64,000 bases of DNA from an uncultured Bacteroidota bacterium (GCA_963713725.1 CAVQMZ010000014.1:69938-133937); one strand, 5' to 3'; shown: positions 11,601 to 22,832, numbered from the stretch's first letter. Made by a program: numbers and translations. The notes: generated by a model not told the origin, from the letters alone.

Positions 11601-13049
11601 ATGCATACTGGATCCTGGATATTCATAGCCCTTTTTGCAGGTCTGATTCTGACCGGCTGTGGAGCCGGAAAGAACTCTGGAACAGAGGAGGAGCATCCCA
11701 ATATTATCTATATTCTTGCCGATGATCTGGGCTATGGGGATCTTGGATCTTACGGCCAGGAAAGGTTCTCCACACCCAACCTTGATAAACTGGCCCTGGA
11801 AGGGCTTCGGTTCACCAGGCACTATTCGGGATCAACGGTTTGCGCCCCATCCCGTTCGGTGTTAATGACCGGGCTGCACACCGGGCATACACCCATCAGG
11901 GGCAATCAGGAGGTAAAACCGGAAGGTCAGAGTCCGCTGCCAGCGTCCAGTTTTACCCTGGCTGAGATGCTTCAGTCGGCCGGTTATGTCACCGGAGCTT
12001 TTGGAAAATGGGGCCTGGGATTTCCAGGATCGGAGGGTGATCCCCTCGAGCAGGGTTTTGACACCTTCTTTGGCTACAATTGTCAACGATTTGCCCATCG
12101 TTATTATCCCGAATACCTGTGGGAGGATGACAGGAAAGTATTTCTGGAAGGCAACGACTGGACCCAAGCCGTCACCTATGCACCTGATCTCATCCAGGAG
12201 AAAACCCTCCAGTTTATCAGGCAGCATAAGGACAGCACTTTTTTTGCCTATGTGCCCTTTGTATTACCTCATGCCGAGTTGATCGTTCCTGACGATGAGG
12301 TTTTCAAAAGCTACCTCGGCCGTTATCCCGAAGAGCCATATCCTTCACGATCGGGATCGGATTATGGTCCCGGACTTGTGATTCCCATGTATTGCAGCCA
12401 GGAAAATCCCCGGGCCACCTTTGCATCCATGGTACATCGCATGGATGCCTATGTGGGAGAGATTATAGCCACTCTTGAGGAGCTTGGAATAGAGGAGAAG
12501 ACCCTGATTATTTTTACCAGTGACAACGGCCCTCACATGGAGGGAGGAGCTGATCCGGATTTTTTTAACAGCAACGGCGGTTTGAGGGGAGTGAAAAGGG
12601 ATTTATACGAAGGAGGGGTGAGGGTACCTATGATTGTGAGCTGGCCGGGTACCATAAAAGGAAACAGGACTTCAGAGCACATTTCTGCATTCTGGGATGT
12701 ATTCCCGACCATGGCAGAGCTCAGCGGAACTGAAGCCCCCGTGGGCGACGGGCTTTCTTTTCTTCCCGAACTTTACGGGGGTGAGCAGGCCAAACATGAT
12801 TTTCTTTACTGGGAATTTCACGAACAGGGTGGAAAACAGGCCATGCTGATGGATCCCTGGAAGGCCGTGAGGCTTGGGGTGGGAAAAAATCCATCGGCTG
12901 CTCTTGAATTATACAATCTGGAAGAGGATCCAAAGGAAGAACACAATGTGGCAGCCGCGCATCCCGACCTTGTGGAGAAGTTCGAAAAAGCCATGATGGA
13001 AGCACGGGTTCCTTCTGAGCGCTTTAATTTTGGTAGAAAAAGTCAATAA
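11601..13049 (+). CDS. Arylsulfatase (family S1, Cys-type), predicted lipoprotein
   Basis: [26 protein letters not shown] (CxPxR), [19 protein letters not shown]. Lipobox LTGC. Confidence 0.93.
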   Translation: MHTGSWIFIALFAGLILTGCGAGKNSGTEEEHPNIIYILADDLGYGDLGSYGQERFSTPNLDKLALEGLRFTRHYSGSTVCAPSRSVLMTGLHTGHTPIRGNQEVKPEGQSPLPASSFTLAEMLQSAGYVTGAFGKWGLGFPGSEGDPLEQGFDTFFGYNCQRFAHRYYPEYLWEDDRKVFLEGNDWTQAVTYAPDLIQEKTLQFIRQHKDSTFFAYVPFVLPHAELIVPDDEVFKSYLGRYPEEPYPSRSGSDYGPGLVIPMYCSQENPRATFASMVHRMDAYVGEIIATLEELGIEEKTLIIFTSDNGPHMEGGADPDFFNSNGGLRGVKRDLYEGGVRVPMIVSWPGTIKGNRTSEHISAFWDVFPTMAELSGTEAPVGDGLSFLPELYGGEQAKHDFLYWEFHEQGGKQAMLMDPWKAVRLGVGKNPSAALELYNLEEDPKEEHNVAAAHPDLVEKFEKAMMEARVPSERFNFGRKSQ

Positions 13050-13054
13050 GTACA

Positions 13055-14486
13055 ATGAATAAGAAGCCCATCACACTTACCCTGGTCTTTGTTATTTTCA
13101 CCCTGCTTTCCTGTGGGCGTGTGGAAAGGCAGCTCCCTAATATCATAATGATTGTGGCCGATGACATGGGATGGAGGGATCTGGGTTTCATGGGATCCGA
13201 TTATTATGAAACTCCCAATATTGATAAACTGGCTTCCGAAAGCCAGGGTATTTATGCAGGCTTATTCGGCAGCCGCCAATTGTGCTCCCAGCCGTGCCTG
13301 TCTGATGAGTGGAAGGTATACCCCGGCCCATGGCATTTATACTGTGGGTTCTGCGAAAGGGGGAGCAGCTGAGACACGCAGGATTATACCTGCAAAGAAC
13401 AACAGCGTACTTGCCCAGAGTTCAAAACCCTTGCTGAAACTTTGCAGGAGCTGGGATATACCACCGGCAACATCGGAAAATGGCATCTGGGAGATGATCC
13501 GCTCAGTCAGGGTATGAGTGAAAATATTGGAGGGGGAAGATGGGGACATCCCGGGAGCTATTTTGCTCCTTACAGGCAACCCGAGCTTCCTGCTCCTGAA
13601 GGAGAATACCTCACCGATAGATTGACTAGGAAGCCACGGAGTTTATAAGGCGTCACAGGGATAAGCCTTTTTTTCTTTACCTGCCCTACTATGCTGTGCA
13701 CACTCCCATTCAGGCTAAACGAGCCCTGGAACAAAAATACCTGGATAAGGGCGGGATCGCTTGCCAGGCAAGGCCGACTTATGCTGGCATGGTTGAGAAT
13801 CTGGACCGGTGTATTGGATGATAATAAAAGAATTAAACTTACTTGATCTGAGAGAGAATACCCTTGTGATTTTTACCTCAGATAATGGGGGAATCCGTAA
13901 GGTTTCCTGCCAGGATCCGCTCAGGGCAGGCAAAGGTTCTTATTATGAAGGTGGGATCAGGGTTCCCTTAATATTCAGTTTCCCAAAAAGGATCAAGCCG
14001 GCGATAGTTGACAATTGCCGGTAATCAACCTGGATTTCTATCCCACCATCCTTGATATGGTCCAAAAAAGTACCGGGGTTGATTTACAAATGGAAAAGAA
14101 GGTTTTGGAGCTCGATGGGATTTCTTTATGGCCCCTGCTTGCGGAGGGAAAAATTCCCCCTGCCCGTTCACTATATTTTCATTTTCCTGTCTACCTTCAG
14201 GCCTATAGCCCTGGTAATGATGATGGTCGCGATCCTCTTTTCAGAACGCGACCCGGATCGGTCATTATTGAAGCTCCCATGGAAGCTTCATTACTATTAT
14301 GAGGACAGCGGATTGGAGCTGTATAACCTGGAGGAGGATCCCGGAGAGAGCATAAATCTTGCTGAATCGAATGTCAATCAAACAAGGGAAATAGTGGCAA
14401 AGCTTCAGAAATGGCTTTCAGCCAATGACGCAGCTCAATATTTCGAAATAAATCCGCTGTACGATTCCATCTCGAAAGCCGGCTGA
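13055..14486 (+). CDS. Sulfatase (family S1, Cys-type), lipoprotein, multiply frameshifted
   Basis: Fragments: LLSC lipobox, [57 protein letters not shown]. Confidence 0.88.
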
Positions 14487-14495
14487 TAAGAAAGT

Positions 14496-15172
14496 TTAAG
14501 CTTTAGTATGCCTCGTTTTCCTAAAGCTGCAATCTTTCATGGAGCATAGCTCACAGGTATAGTCCCGGAAGCTACCTCTGGTCCTGCGCCCACCACACCA
14601 CTCACCGATTTGATGGGAGACATGAGGGATGATTCCGACAGGGTGATTCCGCAACTTCCTTCCGGGAAGAGACTGAAAAGCTTTTGCTGTTCATCGACTT
14701 TCCAGCCGCAATAACCCGGACTGTAGCGGTTGGTGATTTTATACCTTTCGAGGCAGCCCAGCTCTCTGAGATGATCGTGAAGAATTGTGCAGCTGCTTCT
14801 GCCAAGGGATGAAGCAATCAGGTCCACAATATAAGCCTTCAAGGTATTGACCCTCCGCTATCAGGGCTTTGGCCATTTTTTCTGGTCCGGGACCGACTGT
14901 GGCCATAAAGAAGACATACTGTTCGGCCCCCCTGAGCATTTTCACAATGGTTTTACCGGTATGGAAACTGTTCCCGGAACGGCAATTTCCTCTGGCCCCA
15001 TGGCTGGCAGGGCATCCATGTGCACAAATCCTCCCTGTGGCACCATGATCTTCCGGCACTTTCCAGTTAGATCTGTGTACAGATCAAGGGTGTGTTCATC
15101 AAGTTCTTCCCCATTGCCGGAAAGATGGCCCAGGAGATCAGCCTGGTCGGGATATAATGGCCGTTTTTTCAA
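14496..15172 (-). CDS. Stand-alone B12-dependent methionine synthase activation (AdoMet-binding) domain protein, frameshifted
   Basis: FMATVG, TNRYSPGYCGWKVDEQQKLF, GITLSESSLMSPIKSVSG. C-terminal CELCSMKDC is read in the shifted frame, with a stop at 14496. Confidence 0.8.
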
Positions 15173-15383
15173 TATTCAGCGCAGTGTAAATCAAAGGTCA
15201 GTGATAAGAAATTTGCGAAAGCAAAGCTAAATGATTACAACACAGATTCTGTTAAAAAGATCCTAAAAAAGGACAGCAGAGTCGTAACTTGGGGGCGCGG
15301 GTCTACCTTTGCCCTTCAATTGAGATGTAAGGCTGCCAGCATCAAGCGTCTAATAAAGCAGAACAATATAATGGAGGAAGAAG

Positions 15384-15836
15384 ATGGCAAAATTAAATCA
15401 ACTGGTTTGCCCGATTTCCACGGAAAGAGTGGATGAGAACAGGGTACGGACCACCGCCTTTGGTACATTAACCATTATGGGGCTGTTTTTTATGACCAAT
15501 AATCCGGTTTTCCCTGGTATATTAATGCTTGATTTTTACATCAGGGCATTTACCCGGCTGAAATACAGTCCGCTTAGTTTCCTGGCCCATCTTTTTGTGA
15601 AGGTAATTGGAACGGAGCCGGTATGGATTGATAAGGCTCCGAAGATGTTCGCTGCAAGGGTTGGTTTTTTACTTACCACGCTCACCACGGCAGCAGCATT
15701 GCTGAATTTACCACTCCTGGCTCTTATCACAGGATCGACTCTCGTACTTTTCTCTTTCCTTGAGTGCGGATTGAATTTCTGCGCAGGTTGCTGGGTATAT
15801 ACCTTTGTGGTATATCCCCTGGTGCGGAAAAAGTAA
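15384..15836 (+). CDS. DUF4395-like membrane protein
   Basis: RVDENRVR, DFYIRAF, APKMFAARVG, LECGLNFCAGCWVY. TACCTTTG -7 box at 15304-15311. Confidence 0.8.
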   Translation: MAKLNQLVCPISTERVDENRVRTTAFGTLTIMGLFFMTNNPVFPGILMLDFYIRAFTRLKYSPLSFLAHLFVKVIGTEPVWIDKAPKMFAARVGFLLTTLTTAAALLNLPLLALITGSTLVLFSFLECGLNFCAGCWVYTFVVYPLVRKK

Positions 15837-15873
15837 TCCTTTAGCCTACCTTTAGCCTTACATTAATAAGCTG

Positions 15874-16302
15874 ATGATCATGAAGATCTTGAGATGGATT
15901 GTGCTATCTTGTATGTTGATATTGGTCCTTGCGGCCGAAGTTAATGCACAAAGTATGGAAGAAAAATCAGATAAACTGGCGGTGTTATGGGTTTCGGGCG
16001 ACCGGGATGTGGCGGAGAAGTCCTGCCTGATGTATACCCATGCAGCTAAAAAAAATGGGTGGTTTGATGAAGTTGTGCTCATTGTTTGGGGTTCCTCCTC
16101 AAAACTATTGGCCGGGGATGAGGCCCTTCAGGAAAAAGTTAAGGCAATGATAAGCGATGGAGTGATTCTTGAAGCTTGTATTGCCTGTTCCAATGGTTTT
16201 GGCGTAACTGAGGAGCTAAAGGCCCTGGGTATTGATGTGAAAGGAATGGGTGTTCCACTTACATCTTATCTCAAAAGTGGTTACCATGTGCTGACCTACT
16301 GA
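15874..16302 (+). CDS. DsrE-family protein with signal peptide
   Basis: LMYTHAAKKNGWFDEVVLIVWG, ACIACS, MGVPLTSYLK. Confidence 0.78.
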   Translation: MIMKILRWIVLSCMLILVLAAEVNAQSMEEKSDKLAVLWVSGDRDVAEKSCLMYTHAAKKNGWFDEVVLIVWGSSSKLLAGDEALQEKVKAMISDGVILEACIACSNGFGVTEELKALGIDVKGMGVPLTSYLKSGYHVLTY

Positions 16303-16372
16303 TGATTCTGCCATTCTGTCCGCTTCAGTCGATTGGCTTGATTATTGGACAGTTTCCTGAAACCGAGATAGA

Positions 16373-18601
16373 ATGATCAATGTCCCTCAGATAAATACCC
16401 GCTATAAGCGACTATGTTTTCTTGTGGCAGCCCGACGGGTTAAAGATGCACTTGATGTGCTTAACGACCTGGTAGGTGAATCGGGTTTCAGCGATTTTTT
16501 TATTCAGCAGGAGCACCTTGCACACACTTATGAGCAAATGCTGAATTATATGCTTGAAGGTGTTCAGGATCCCGAAAGGGATAAGGTCTATCATAAATTA
16601 CTTACATCCATACTGGAGCTCGCAGATCGCGTAAGGGATTATCTTATGGAAAAGCACTCCAACTGGCATACCTATATTCTGAAGAAGGAGCTGGACAGAA
16701 AACAGGAGCTTACCGGTAAAAAGGTGATAGAGACCATGGACGACCTTTCCTTCAAGCGGGAGCTGGATGAAATCATCGATGATAAGAGGCTTAGCCCGGG
16801 TGCCAATGAGGCCCGAAGGAAAGAATTATCCATGGAGATTTTCAGGCATCTCTGGTTAAGCAACACCTATAACGAAGCTGAAAACAGCCTTTCATCAGCA
16901 ATCCTTTCGTGCCGGGAATTTCTCTGGTATGAAAAAGCCCTTTACATCAGTGGTATATTACTGTCCGGACTCAGGTACTGGGATGAGAAAAAAGTACAGC
17001 GACTCATCGATTTTGCCGAAGAGGAGGACCAGGAAGTGGCAGCCAGAGCTACTGTAGCGCTGGTGATTATGTTATACAGGTACGATGATCGTATCGAGTT
17101 TTATCCGAACATCATTAACAGACTGAAGCTGCTGAAGGATGACTTAAATTTTGAACAGAGTTTTGAGAAGATTGCTCTTCAATTGATCCGGACCCGCGAT
17201 ACTTTGGAAATTGGCAGGAAATTACAAGAGGATCTGATGCCTGAGATGGCTAAGTTGAGGCCCAAACTTGAGGATAAACTGAAAATGGACGACATCAGTG
17301 ACGAAATGTTGGAGGGGGGGCGAAATCCCGATTGGGAATCCATGTTCAGCGAGTCGGATGATCTTTACAAAAAGGTCGATGAGTTTATGAAATTGCAGAT
17401 GGAGGGTTCGGATGTGTACATGACCACTTTTGCCCACCTTAAACAATTTCCTTTCTTCACTGAGCTTACCAACTGGTTGGTTCCCTTTCACAAGGATAAT
17501 TCAGATTTATCTGAAATTTATGCGGATCGAAGCGATGATTTTGATCCTGATATTTTCATCGACGGATTAAAAAAGACTCCCTTTCTGTGCAACAGTGATA
17601 AATACAGTTTTATTCTGAATTTGAAATACCTTCCCCCGGAGCAAAAGAAAATGCTTTCCACCGCTTTTTTAATGGAGATGGAAGGTATGCAGGAGATGCT
17701 GGCCGATGAAAAACTTACTTCGGGCGACTTTACAAGGAGAACAGTTTATATTCAGTATATCCAGGATCTTTACCGCTTTTTTAAGATATCGCCCTTTAAA
17801 AACGAGTTTGAAGATGTCTTCGACGCAAAGCTGGATCTGTATCGGTCCTATTTCTTCAGGGAAATTGCCGAAGACCAATCTATCACCGGGAATATAGCTG
17901 AGTTTCTTTTTGAGAAGGAGCACTTTGAAGAGGCCCTTGACATATTCAAGATGTTGTTAAAGGCAGAGCCCAATGATCGGGAGTTACTGGAAAAGGCTGG
18001 ATATTCATATCAGAAGCTTGGAAATTTCAGGAAAGCCATTGCTTACTATTCCAGGATTTCATTCACAAGTGAGCAAAATCTCTGGACCCTCAAGAACCTT
18101 GGTATTTGCCACCGGAAAGAGAATGATTATAAAGCTGCCCTTGAGGTGTATGGGCAGGCTGCCATACTTCAGCCCGATGATACCACCATTGAATCGCTTA
18201 CCGGGTATTGTCAGCTCAAACTGGGAGAGTACCAGACAGCCCTGAAGCACTATTTCAAGATCGAGTATCTGAATCCCGGAAATCAAAATATTCTGCGCCC
18301 CATTGCCTGGTGTTATTTTGCCCTGGGTGAGCTGGATAAATCGGAGAAATACTTTCAACAGGTATTTGAACTAAAGCCGGGACACTATGACTATATCAAT
18401 TATGGGCATGTTCTATGGGCACAGGGAAAGAAAAGAGAGGCCATTGAGCTTTACATTCAGTCTCTCAGGGATCTGAAATTTGGAATGGAAGGATTTCTGA
18501 GGACCATGGAGGAGGACCGTGCTCTGCTGATCAGCAATGGTATCAATGAAAAAGACATCCCGCTGATGCTGGATTTTCTACACTATCGTCTTGTAAATTA
18601 G
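16373..18601 (+). CDS. Conserved Bacteroidetes tetratricopeptide-repeat protein
   Basis: Intact 742-aa ORF. NWLVPF and FLCNSDKYSF motifs, with C-terminal TPRs (AGYSYQKLGNFRKAIAYY etc.). Confidence 0.82.
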   Translation: MINVPQINTRYKRLCFLVAARRVKDALDVLNDLVGESGFSDFFIQQEHLAHTYEQMLNYMLEGVQDPERDKVYHKLLTSILELADRVRDYLMEKHSNWHTYILKKELDRKQELTGKKVIETMDDLSFKRELDEIIDDKRLSPGANEARRKELSMEIFRHLWLSNTYNEAENSLSSAILSCREFLWYEKALYISGILLSGLRYWDEKKVQRLIDFAEEEDQEVAARATVALVIMLYRYDDRIEFYPNIINRLKLLKDDLNFEQSFEKIALQLIRTRDTLEIGRKLQEDLMPEMAKLRPKLEDKLKMDDISDEMLEGGRNPDWESMFSESDDLYKKVDEFMKLQMEGSDVYMTTFAHLKQFPFFTELTNWLVPFHKDNSDLSEIYADRSDDFDPDIFIDGLKKTPFLCNSDKYSFILNLKYLPPEQKKMLSTAFLMEMEGMQEMLADEKLTSGDFTRRTVYIQYIQDLYRFFKISPFKNEFEDVFDAKLDLYRSYFFREIAEDQSITGNIAEFLFEKEHFEEALDIFKMLLKAEPNDRELLEKAGYSYQKLGNFRKAIAYYSRISFTSEQNLWTLKNLGICHRKENDYKAALEVYGQAAILQPDDTTIESLTGYCQLKLGEYQTALKHYFKIEYLNPGNQNILRPIAWCYFALGELDKSEKYFQQVFELKPGHYDYINYGHVLWAQGKKREAIELYIQSLRDLKFGMEGFLRTMEEDRALLISNGINEKDIPLMLDFLHYRLVN

Positions 18602-18607
18602 GGGAAT

Positions 18608-18690
18608 AAAAAAAGCGGCCCGATATTGAAGAAAAAAAGCCATGGAATTCAACCCGTCTCTATGAGAATGGAATGTTATCGGAACCGCTC
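18608..18690 (-). ncRNA. Candidate small non-coding RNA (alternatively a long deoC terminator)
   Basis: TATATTTG -7 box (18695-18702, minus strand), then an ~83-nt unit whose ends pair (AGCGGTTCCGATA / TATCGGGCCGCT), ending in T7. Confidence 0.4.
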
Positions 18691-18727
18691 TGGACAAATA
18701 TAGGGTATTTTGTCCTAGGTTGTATGT

Positions 18728-19600
18728 CTAAAAATAAACAAAATCGGGCCCTTGGTCAAAAATAAGGGACATTAGATTGTTTGCGAGGCGGCTGGCACCT
18801 ATTCTGAACCTTTCTGAATTCAACCAGTCTTCCCCCAGAATTTCTCTGACGATGGAATAATACAGAATGGCTGTTTCAGCGTCTGAAATACCTCCCGCAG
18901 GTTTAATCCCGATCTTCTTTCCGGTCTTGTTATAATACTCATTTATGACCGTACACATGATAACCATTGCCTCAGGTGTGGCACCCACTGGTATTTTCCC
19001 GGTGGATGTTTTAATAAAATCGGCTCCTGAGCTAATGGCCAGAAATGAGGCCTTTCTGATCAGGGAGAAATCTTTCAGGCTTCCGGTTTCCAGGATCACC
19101 TTCAGGTGTACATCACGGATGCGTTCCTTGATTACCTGGATTTCGTACTCCACGTACTCAAAGTCCTCCATAAGAAATTTTCCAATGGGAAGCACAATGT
19201 CTATTTCATCAGCTCCCTGGCCAATGGCCTGCTCGATTTCCATCACCTTAATATTGGTGAAAGTTTGAGATGCCGGGAAACCGCCTCCAACAGAGGCAAT
19301 ATTTACCAGGGGGTTAATCAGGTGCTCCTTCACAACCTGCACCAACTCCGGGTAGATGCAAATTGCTGCCACCGGAGGCATGGAGGGGTAGGCATCGTTG
19401 AGCATGTTCACCTTCTCGCACAGATGGGTGACGTTATCAATATTGTCTCTTTCACTCAGGGTGGTTAGATCGATAAAGCTGAATAGCTTTTTTAAAAGCT
19501 CTTTATCGCCCGTGGAAGGGAGATTTGCCCTGATTTTTTCAAGGAGGGAATTGACTTTGTCGGGATCGACAGTCATATTAAAGTCGCTAAAGATCTTCAT
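18728..19600 (-). CDS. deoC: Deoxyribose-phosphate aldolase
   Basis: IDLTTL, AICIYP, GADEIDIV, LKVILETG, GADFIKTSTGK, GIKPAGGI, RIGASRL. Confidence 0.95.
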   Translation of the reverse strand: MKIFSDFNMTVDPDKVNSLLEKIRANLPSTGDKELLKKLFSFIDLTTLSERDNIDNVTHLCEKVNMLNDAYPSMPPVAAICIYPELVQVVKEHLINPLVNIASVGGGFPASQTFTNIKVMEIEQAIGQGADEIDIVLPIGKFLMEDFEYVEYEIQVIKERIRDVHLKVILETGSLKDFSLIRKASFLAISSGADFIKTSTGKIPVGATPEAMVIMCTVINEYYNKTGKKIGIKPAGGISDAETAILYYSIVREILGEDWLNSERFRIGASRLANNLMSLIFDQGPDFVYF

Positions 19601-19614
19601 ACGGGGGAAGTTCG

Positions 19615-19947
19615 TTAGCTCAATTTATCATTTTGTTGATGACGGTCAAAATCCCTGGTGCTTTTTTTGCTCAGATTTTTCAGAAAAGCATCTTCCATAT
19701 CGATGCCAGTCTGATTGGCAATGCAGATCAGGACAAACATCACATCGGCCAGCTCGTCGGCCAGAGCGATCTTCCCCACGGTGGCCGAGCCTGCGGATTG
19801 TTCCCCATAATCCCTGGCCATGATACGGGCCACCTCACCAACCTCCTCTGTGAGAATGGCCATGTTGGTGAGTTCGTTAAAGTAGCGGACTCCATATTTC
19901 CGGATCCACTGGTCAACTTTAGACTGAGCTTCCTGAATTGTCATCAC
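19615..19947 (-). CDS. MazG-like nucleotide pyrophosphohydrolase (YpjD-like)
   Basis: YFNELTNMAILTEEVGEVAR..YGEQS..ADELADVMFVLICIANQTG. Confidence 0.9.
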   Translation of the reverse strand: MMTIQEAQSKVDQWIRKYGVRYFNELTNMAILTEEVGEVARIMARDYGEQSAGSATVGKIALADELADVMFVLICIANQTGIDMEDAFLKNLSKKSTRDFDRHQQNDKLS

Positions 19948-20396
19948 TCTTTGTTTTTAGTGTCAATAAGAATGGTTACCGGTCCGTCATTGCAAAGATT
20001 CACCTGCATATTTGCCCCGAATTCTCCACAAAGCACTTTTTTGTCAAGGTCGGATTCCATTTGAAGGATAAATTTTTCATACAAAGGGATGGCTTTGTCG
20101 GGATTTGCGGCTTTAATATAAGAGGGGCGGTTCCCTTTACGGGTACTGGCATGAAGGGTAAACTGACTAATGATCATCACATCGCCGCCCTCTTCCTTTA
20201 CTGAAAGGTTCATTACCCCATTATGATCATTGAAGATTCTCAGCCTGCTGATCTTCCCGCTTAACCACTGGATGTCGGATTCTTCATCAGAGGCCTCTAT
20301 ACCCAGCAGGATGACCAGTCCGGGGCCCATGGAATGTTTGGTTTCCCCGTTGATGGTCAGGTGGGCATTGGAAGCCCGCTGAATAACAGCCCTCAT
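19944..20396 (-). CDS. dtd: D-aminoacyl-tRNA deacylase
   Basis: MRAVIQR, LRIF, SQFTL, KGNRPS, GEFGANMQV, NDGPVT. Confidence 0.96.
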   Translation of the reverse strand: MRAVIQRASNAHLTINGETKHSMGPGLVILLGIEASDEESDIQWLSGKISRLRIFNDHNGVMNLSVKEEGGDVMIISQFTLHASTRKGNRPSYIKAANPDKAIPLYEKFILQMESDLDKKVLCGEFGANMQVNLCNDGPVTILIDTKNKE

Positions 20397-20818
20397 GAGA
20401 GATTTTCCTTGACCAGCCTGAAAAGGGCAACGCGGTTAATGGGTTTAGAGATGTAATCGTTGAAACCTGCCTTCAGGCACTTATTGCGATCCTCAGAAAG
20501 GGTATAAGCTGTTTGTGCGATAATCGGTATTTCGGGATGTTGTGACTTGATGATTTTCATGGCCTCATATCCATCCATTACCGGCATGTTCAGGTCCATA
20601 AGCACAAGGTCTATAGCTCCACCATGGTCCCTGATCAGATCAACGGCCTCCTTGCCATTTTTAGCCCGGAGAATCTTTGCTTCAGTTTTCTTAAAGATGG
20701 TTTTCAGGTAATAAAAATTAACCTCTTCATCTTCGGTGATGAGAACCACTCGGTTTTCCCACTTGTAATTATTATAATCCGGCTTTGCAATTAGCTGCCC
20801 CTGACTTATATATTCCAT
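20393..20818 (-). CDS. Single-domain response regulator
   Basis: ITEDE, LVLMDLNMPVMDG, IIAQTA, DYISKP. Confidence 0.9.
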   Translation of the reverse strand: MEYISQGQLIAKPDYNNYKWENRVVLITEDEEVNFYYLKTIFKKTEAKILRAKNGKEAVDLIRDHGGAIDLVLMDLNMPVMDGYEAMKIIKSQHPEIPIIAQTAYTLSEDRNKCLKAGFNDYISKPINRVALFRLVKENLS

Positions 20819-20929
20819 GACACATTATTTTCTAAGGTGTTGACACTTACTAATTAATAGTAAAATGGAATGTGAGTGCGGGAGAGTTTTTAACAATTTG
20901 CCTAAAGTCAGAAACCCGGGTGTGAAAGA

Positions 20930-22123
20930 TTAAAAATTCCACTTTAAACGCAAAAATGCGAAGGTATTGCTTTCCCTGGATATGGCTCCGAGGGGGTCAG
21001 TATACTCAAATGTGAAGTACTGAAGCATCAGTGAGAGTACCAGGTTGTCCAGAATGGAGAGGTCAAAGGCGGGTCCCAGGTAGGCTCCTTTTAGTTCCGG
21101 GTACCATATGGCAGCAAAACTTCCGGTGAATAAAGGTGTGATTGGGTAGGAGATGTTTCCCAGGAATGACCACTCTGTAAAGGCCAGGTGTTTTACATCA
21201 AGGTTTCCGGCATAAAACTGAAGAAAATTGGCGGGATCCATCTCTTTTGCAAAGCCCGAGTATATACCCTCGAATTGTAACATCAGAGAGTTGGAGAAGG
21301 TGTAATCAAAGCCCATGGAGGCCAGAAGGTAGCCCGTGGTATCCACAAAGCGCTCAAGATCCCGAAAATAACTCATCTCACCCCGGAAGGAGGTGGGTCC
21401 GAGGTTCCCGCTCCAGCCTGTTCCCAGAACCAGGTCTTCCTGTTGGTACAGCCCACCTAAAAACTGAATATCAAATCCCAGGGTATTGAAGCGGTAATAA
21501 GCGGCAGCTGTGACCCGGTTCGCACTATCGATTTTGGCTGCCAGTTCGATGGTGGATGCATCACCGGTGTAGTACTGGAAACGCACGGCATCACTTCCGG
21601 GCCGTTCGGGATAATCCACCTCGAAATAGGAATAGGAGTTAAAAATGTCATTTGGATTCCAGACCAGGGTTTGAGCCCAGTTAATACGCTGCCTGCCCAG
21701 TGTGATCTCCAGCTTATCAAAGGAGAATTGTAGCCACAGGCGGTCCAGGGTCGTGGTGGTGGCCCAACCCGAAGAAGAGCCAAGATTTCCACTCCTTAAT
21801 AATGTCATGTCCAGCCAGCCCGGATCCTGTCCAAGCGCTTCCGTGTAACCGGGAATTGTGGTGAGTGTCTGGCCTGTGATTATCCTGCTGCGAAACTGCA
21901 TATTGGCAGTCAGCCAGGAGCTTGGATAATAGTTAAAATTGAATCTGTCCATAAAAGTATTCTCCCATAACCAGGTGTCATCGATTTTATAGAAGGCCTG
22001 CAGATCGGAAAGGTAACCCACCGTGGTAAATTTTTTCTGGGCATTCAGAAAAACCGTTCCCAAAAAAAGGAAGGGCAGAAGGAGTAGATATTTTTTCAAG
22101 AGATTTTCAGTTTTTTCTTTCAT
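20930..22123 (-). CDS. Predicted outer-membrane beta-barrel protein of the ABC operon
   Basis: Signal peptide, LDRLW..GRQRINW..WNPNDIFN..ERPGSDA, C-terminal aromatic strand RLKWNF. Confidence 0.7.
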   Translation of the reverse strand: MKEKTENLLKKYLLLLPFLFLGTVFLNAQKKFTTVGYLSDLQAFYKIDDTWLWENTFMDRFNFNYYPSSWLTANMQFRSRIITGQTLTTIPGYTEALGQDPGWLDMTLLRSGNLGSSSGWATTTTLDRLWLQFSFDKLEITLGRQRINWAQTLVWNPNDIFNSYSYFEVDYPERPGSDAVRFQYYTGDASTIELAAKIDSANRVTAAAYYRFNTLGFDIQFLGGLYQQEDLVLGTGWSGNLGPTSFRGEMSYFRDLERFVDTTGYLLASMGFDYTFSNSLMLQFEGIYSGFAKEMDPANFLQFYAGNLDVKHLAFTEWSFLGNISYPITPLFTGSFAAIWYPELKGAYLGPAFDLSILDNLVLSLMLQYFTFEYTDPLGAISRESNTFAFLRLKWNF

Positions 22124-22793
22124 CGGAGATTACCTGGCCGTCTTCAACCGTAATCACACGGCGGGCCTTTTTAACCACCCTGGCATCATGGGTGGAGAAG
22201 ATAAAGGTAATTCCTTCATTTCGATTTAGCTCCTCCATAATATCCAGCAGGGTTTCGGTGGATTTGGAATCCAGGTTGGCAGTGGGTTCGTCAGCCAGCA
22301 CAAATTTAGGCTTGGAGGCCAGGGCCCTGGCAACAGCTACCCTTTGTTGCTGTCCACCGGATAACTTTGAGGGCCTGCTGTTCACCCGCTCTTCCAAACC
22401 AACAGCCTTCAGCAACTCCAGGGTTCGCGCATCGCGTTTCTTCTTATCCCATTTCTGAAGACTCATGATAAACTCCACATTCTCCTTGGCTGTTAAAACC
22501 GGGATCAGGTTGTAGGACTGAAACACAAAACCAATATTTCGCATTCGGAAATCGATGAGGGCCGAAGATTTTAGTCCGGCCAGGTTAGTCTGATCAACCC
22601 TGATCTCTCCCGAGGTGGGATTATCCAGTCCCCCGATCATATTCAACAGGGTGGTTTTTCCCGACCCCGACGGTCCCACTATAGCGGCAAATTCACCCTT
22701 TTCAAAATCCAGGGAAACTCCGTTTACAGCATGGACCTTAACTTCGGAACTGTTGTATATTTTATGTACATTTTTAAGCTCTAGTACTTTCAT
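22107..22793 (-). CDS. ABC transporter ATP-binding protein (LolD/MacB-like)
   Basis: GPSGSGKT, LSGGQQQRVAVARA, LADEPTANLD, STHD. Confidence 0.95.
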   Translation of the reverse strand: MKVLELKNVHKIYNSSEVKVHAVNGVSLDFEKGEFAAIVGPSGSGKTTLLNMIGGLDNPTSGEIRVDQTNLAGLKSSALIDFRMRNIGFVFQSYNLIPVLTAKENVEFIMSLQKWDKKKRDARTLELLKAVGLEERVNSRPSKLSGGQQQRVAVARALASKPKFVLADEPTANLDSKSTETLLDIMEELNRNEGITFIFSTHDARVVKKARRVITVEDGQVISDERKN

Positions 22794-22832
22794 CTCTTTT
22801 TATCTTTTGACTTTCAACTAACTATTAACTCG

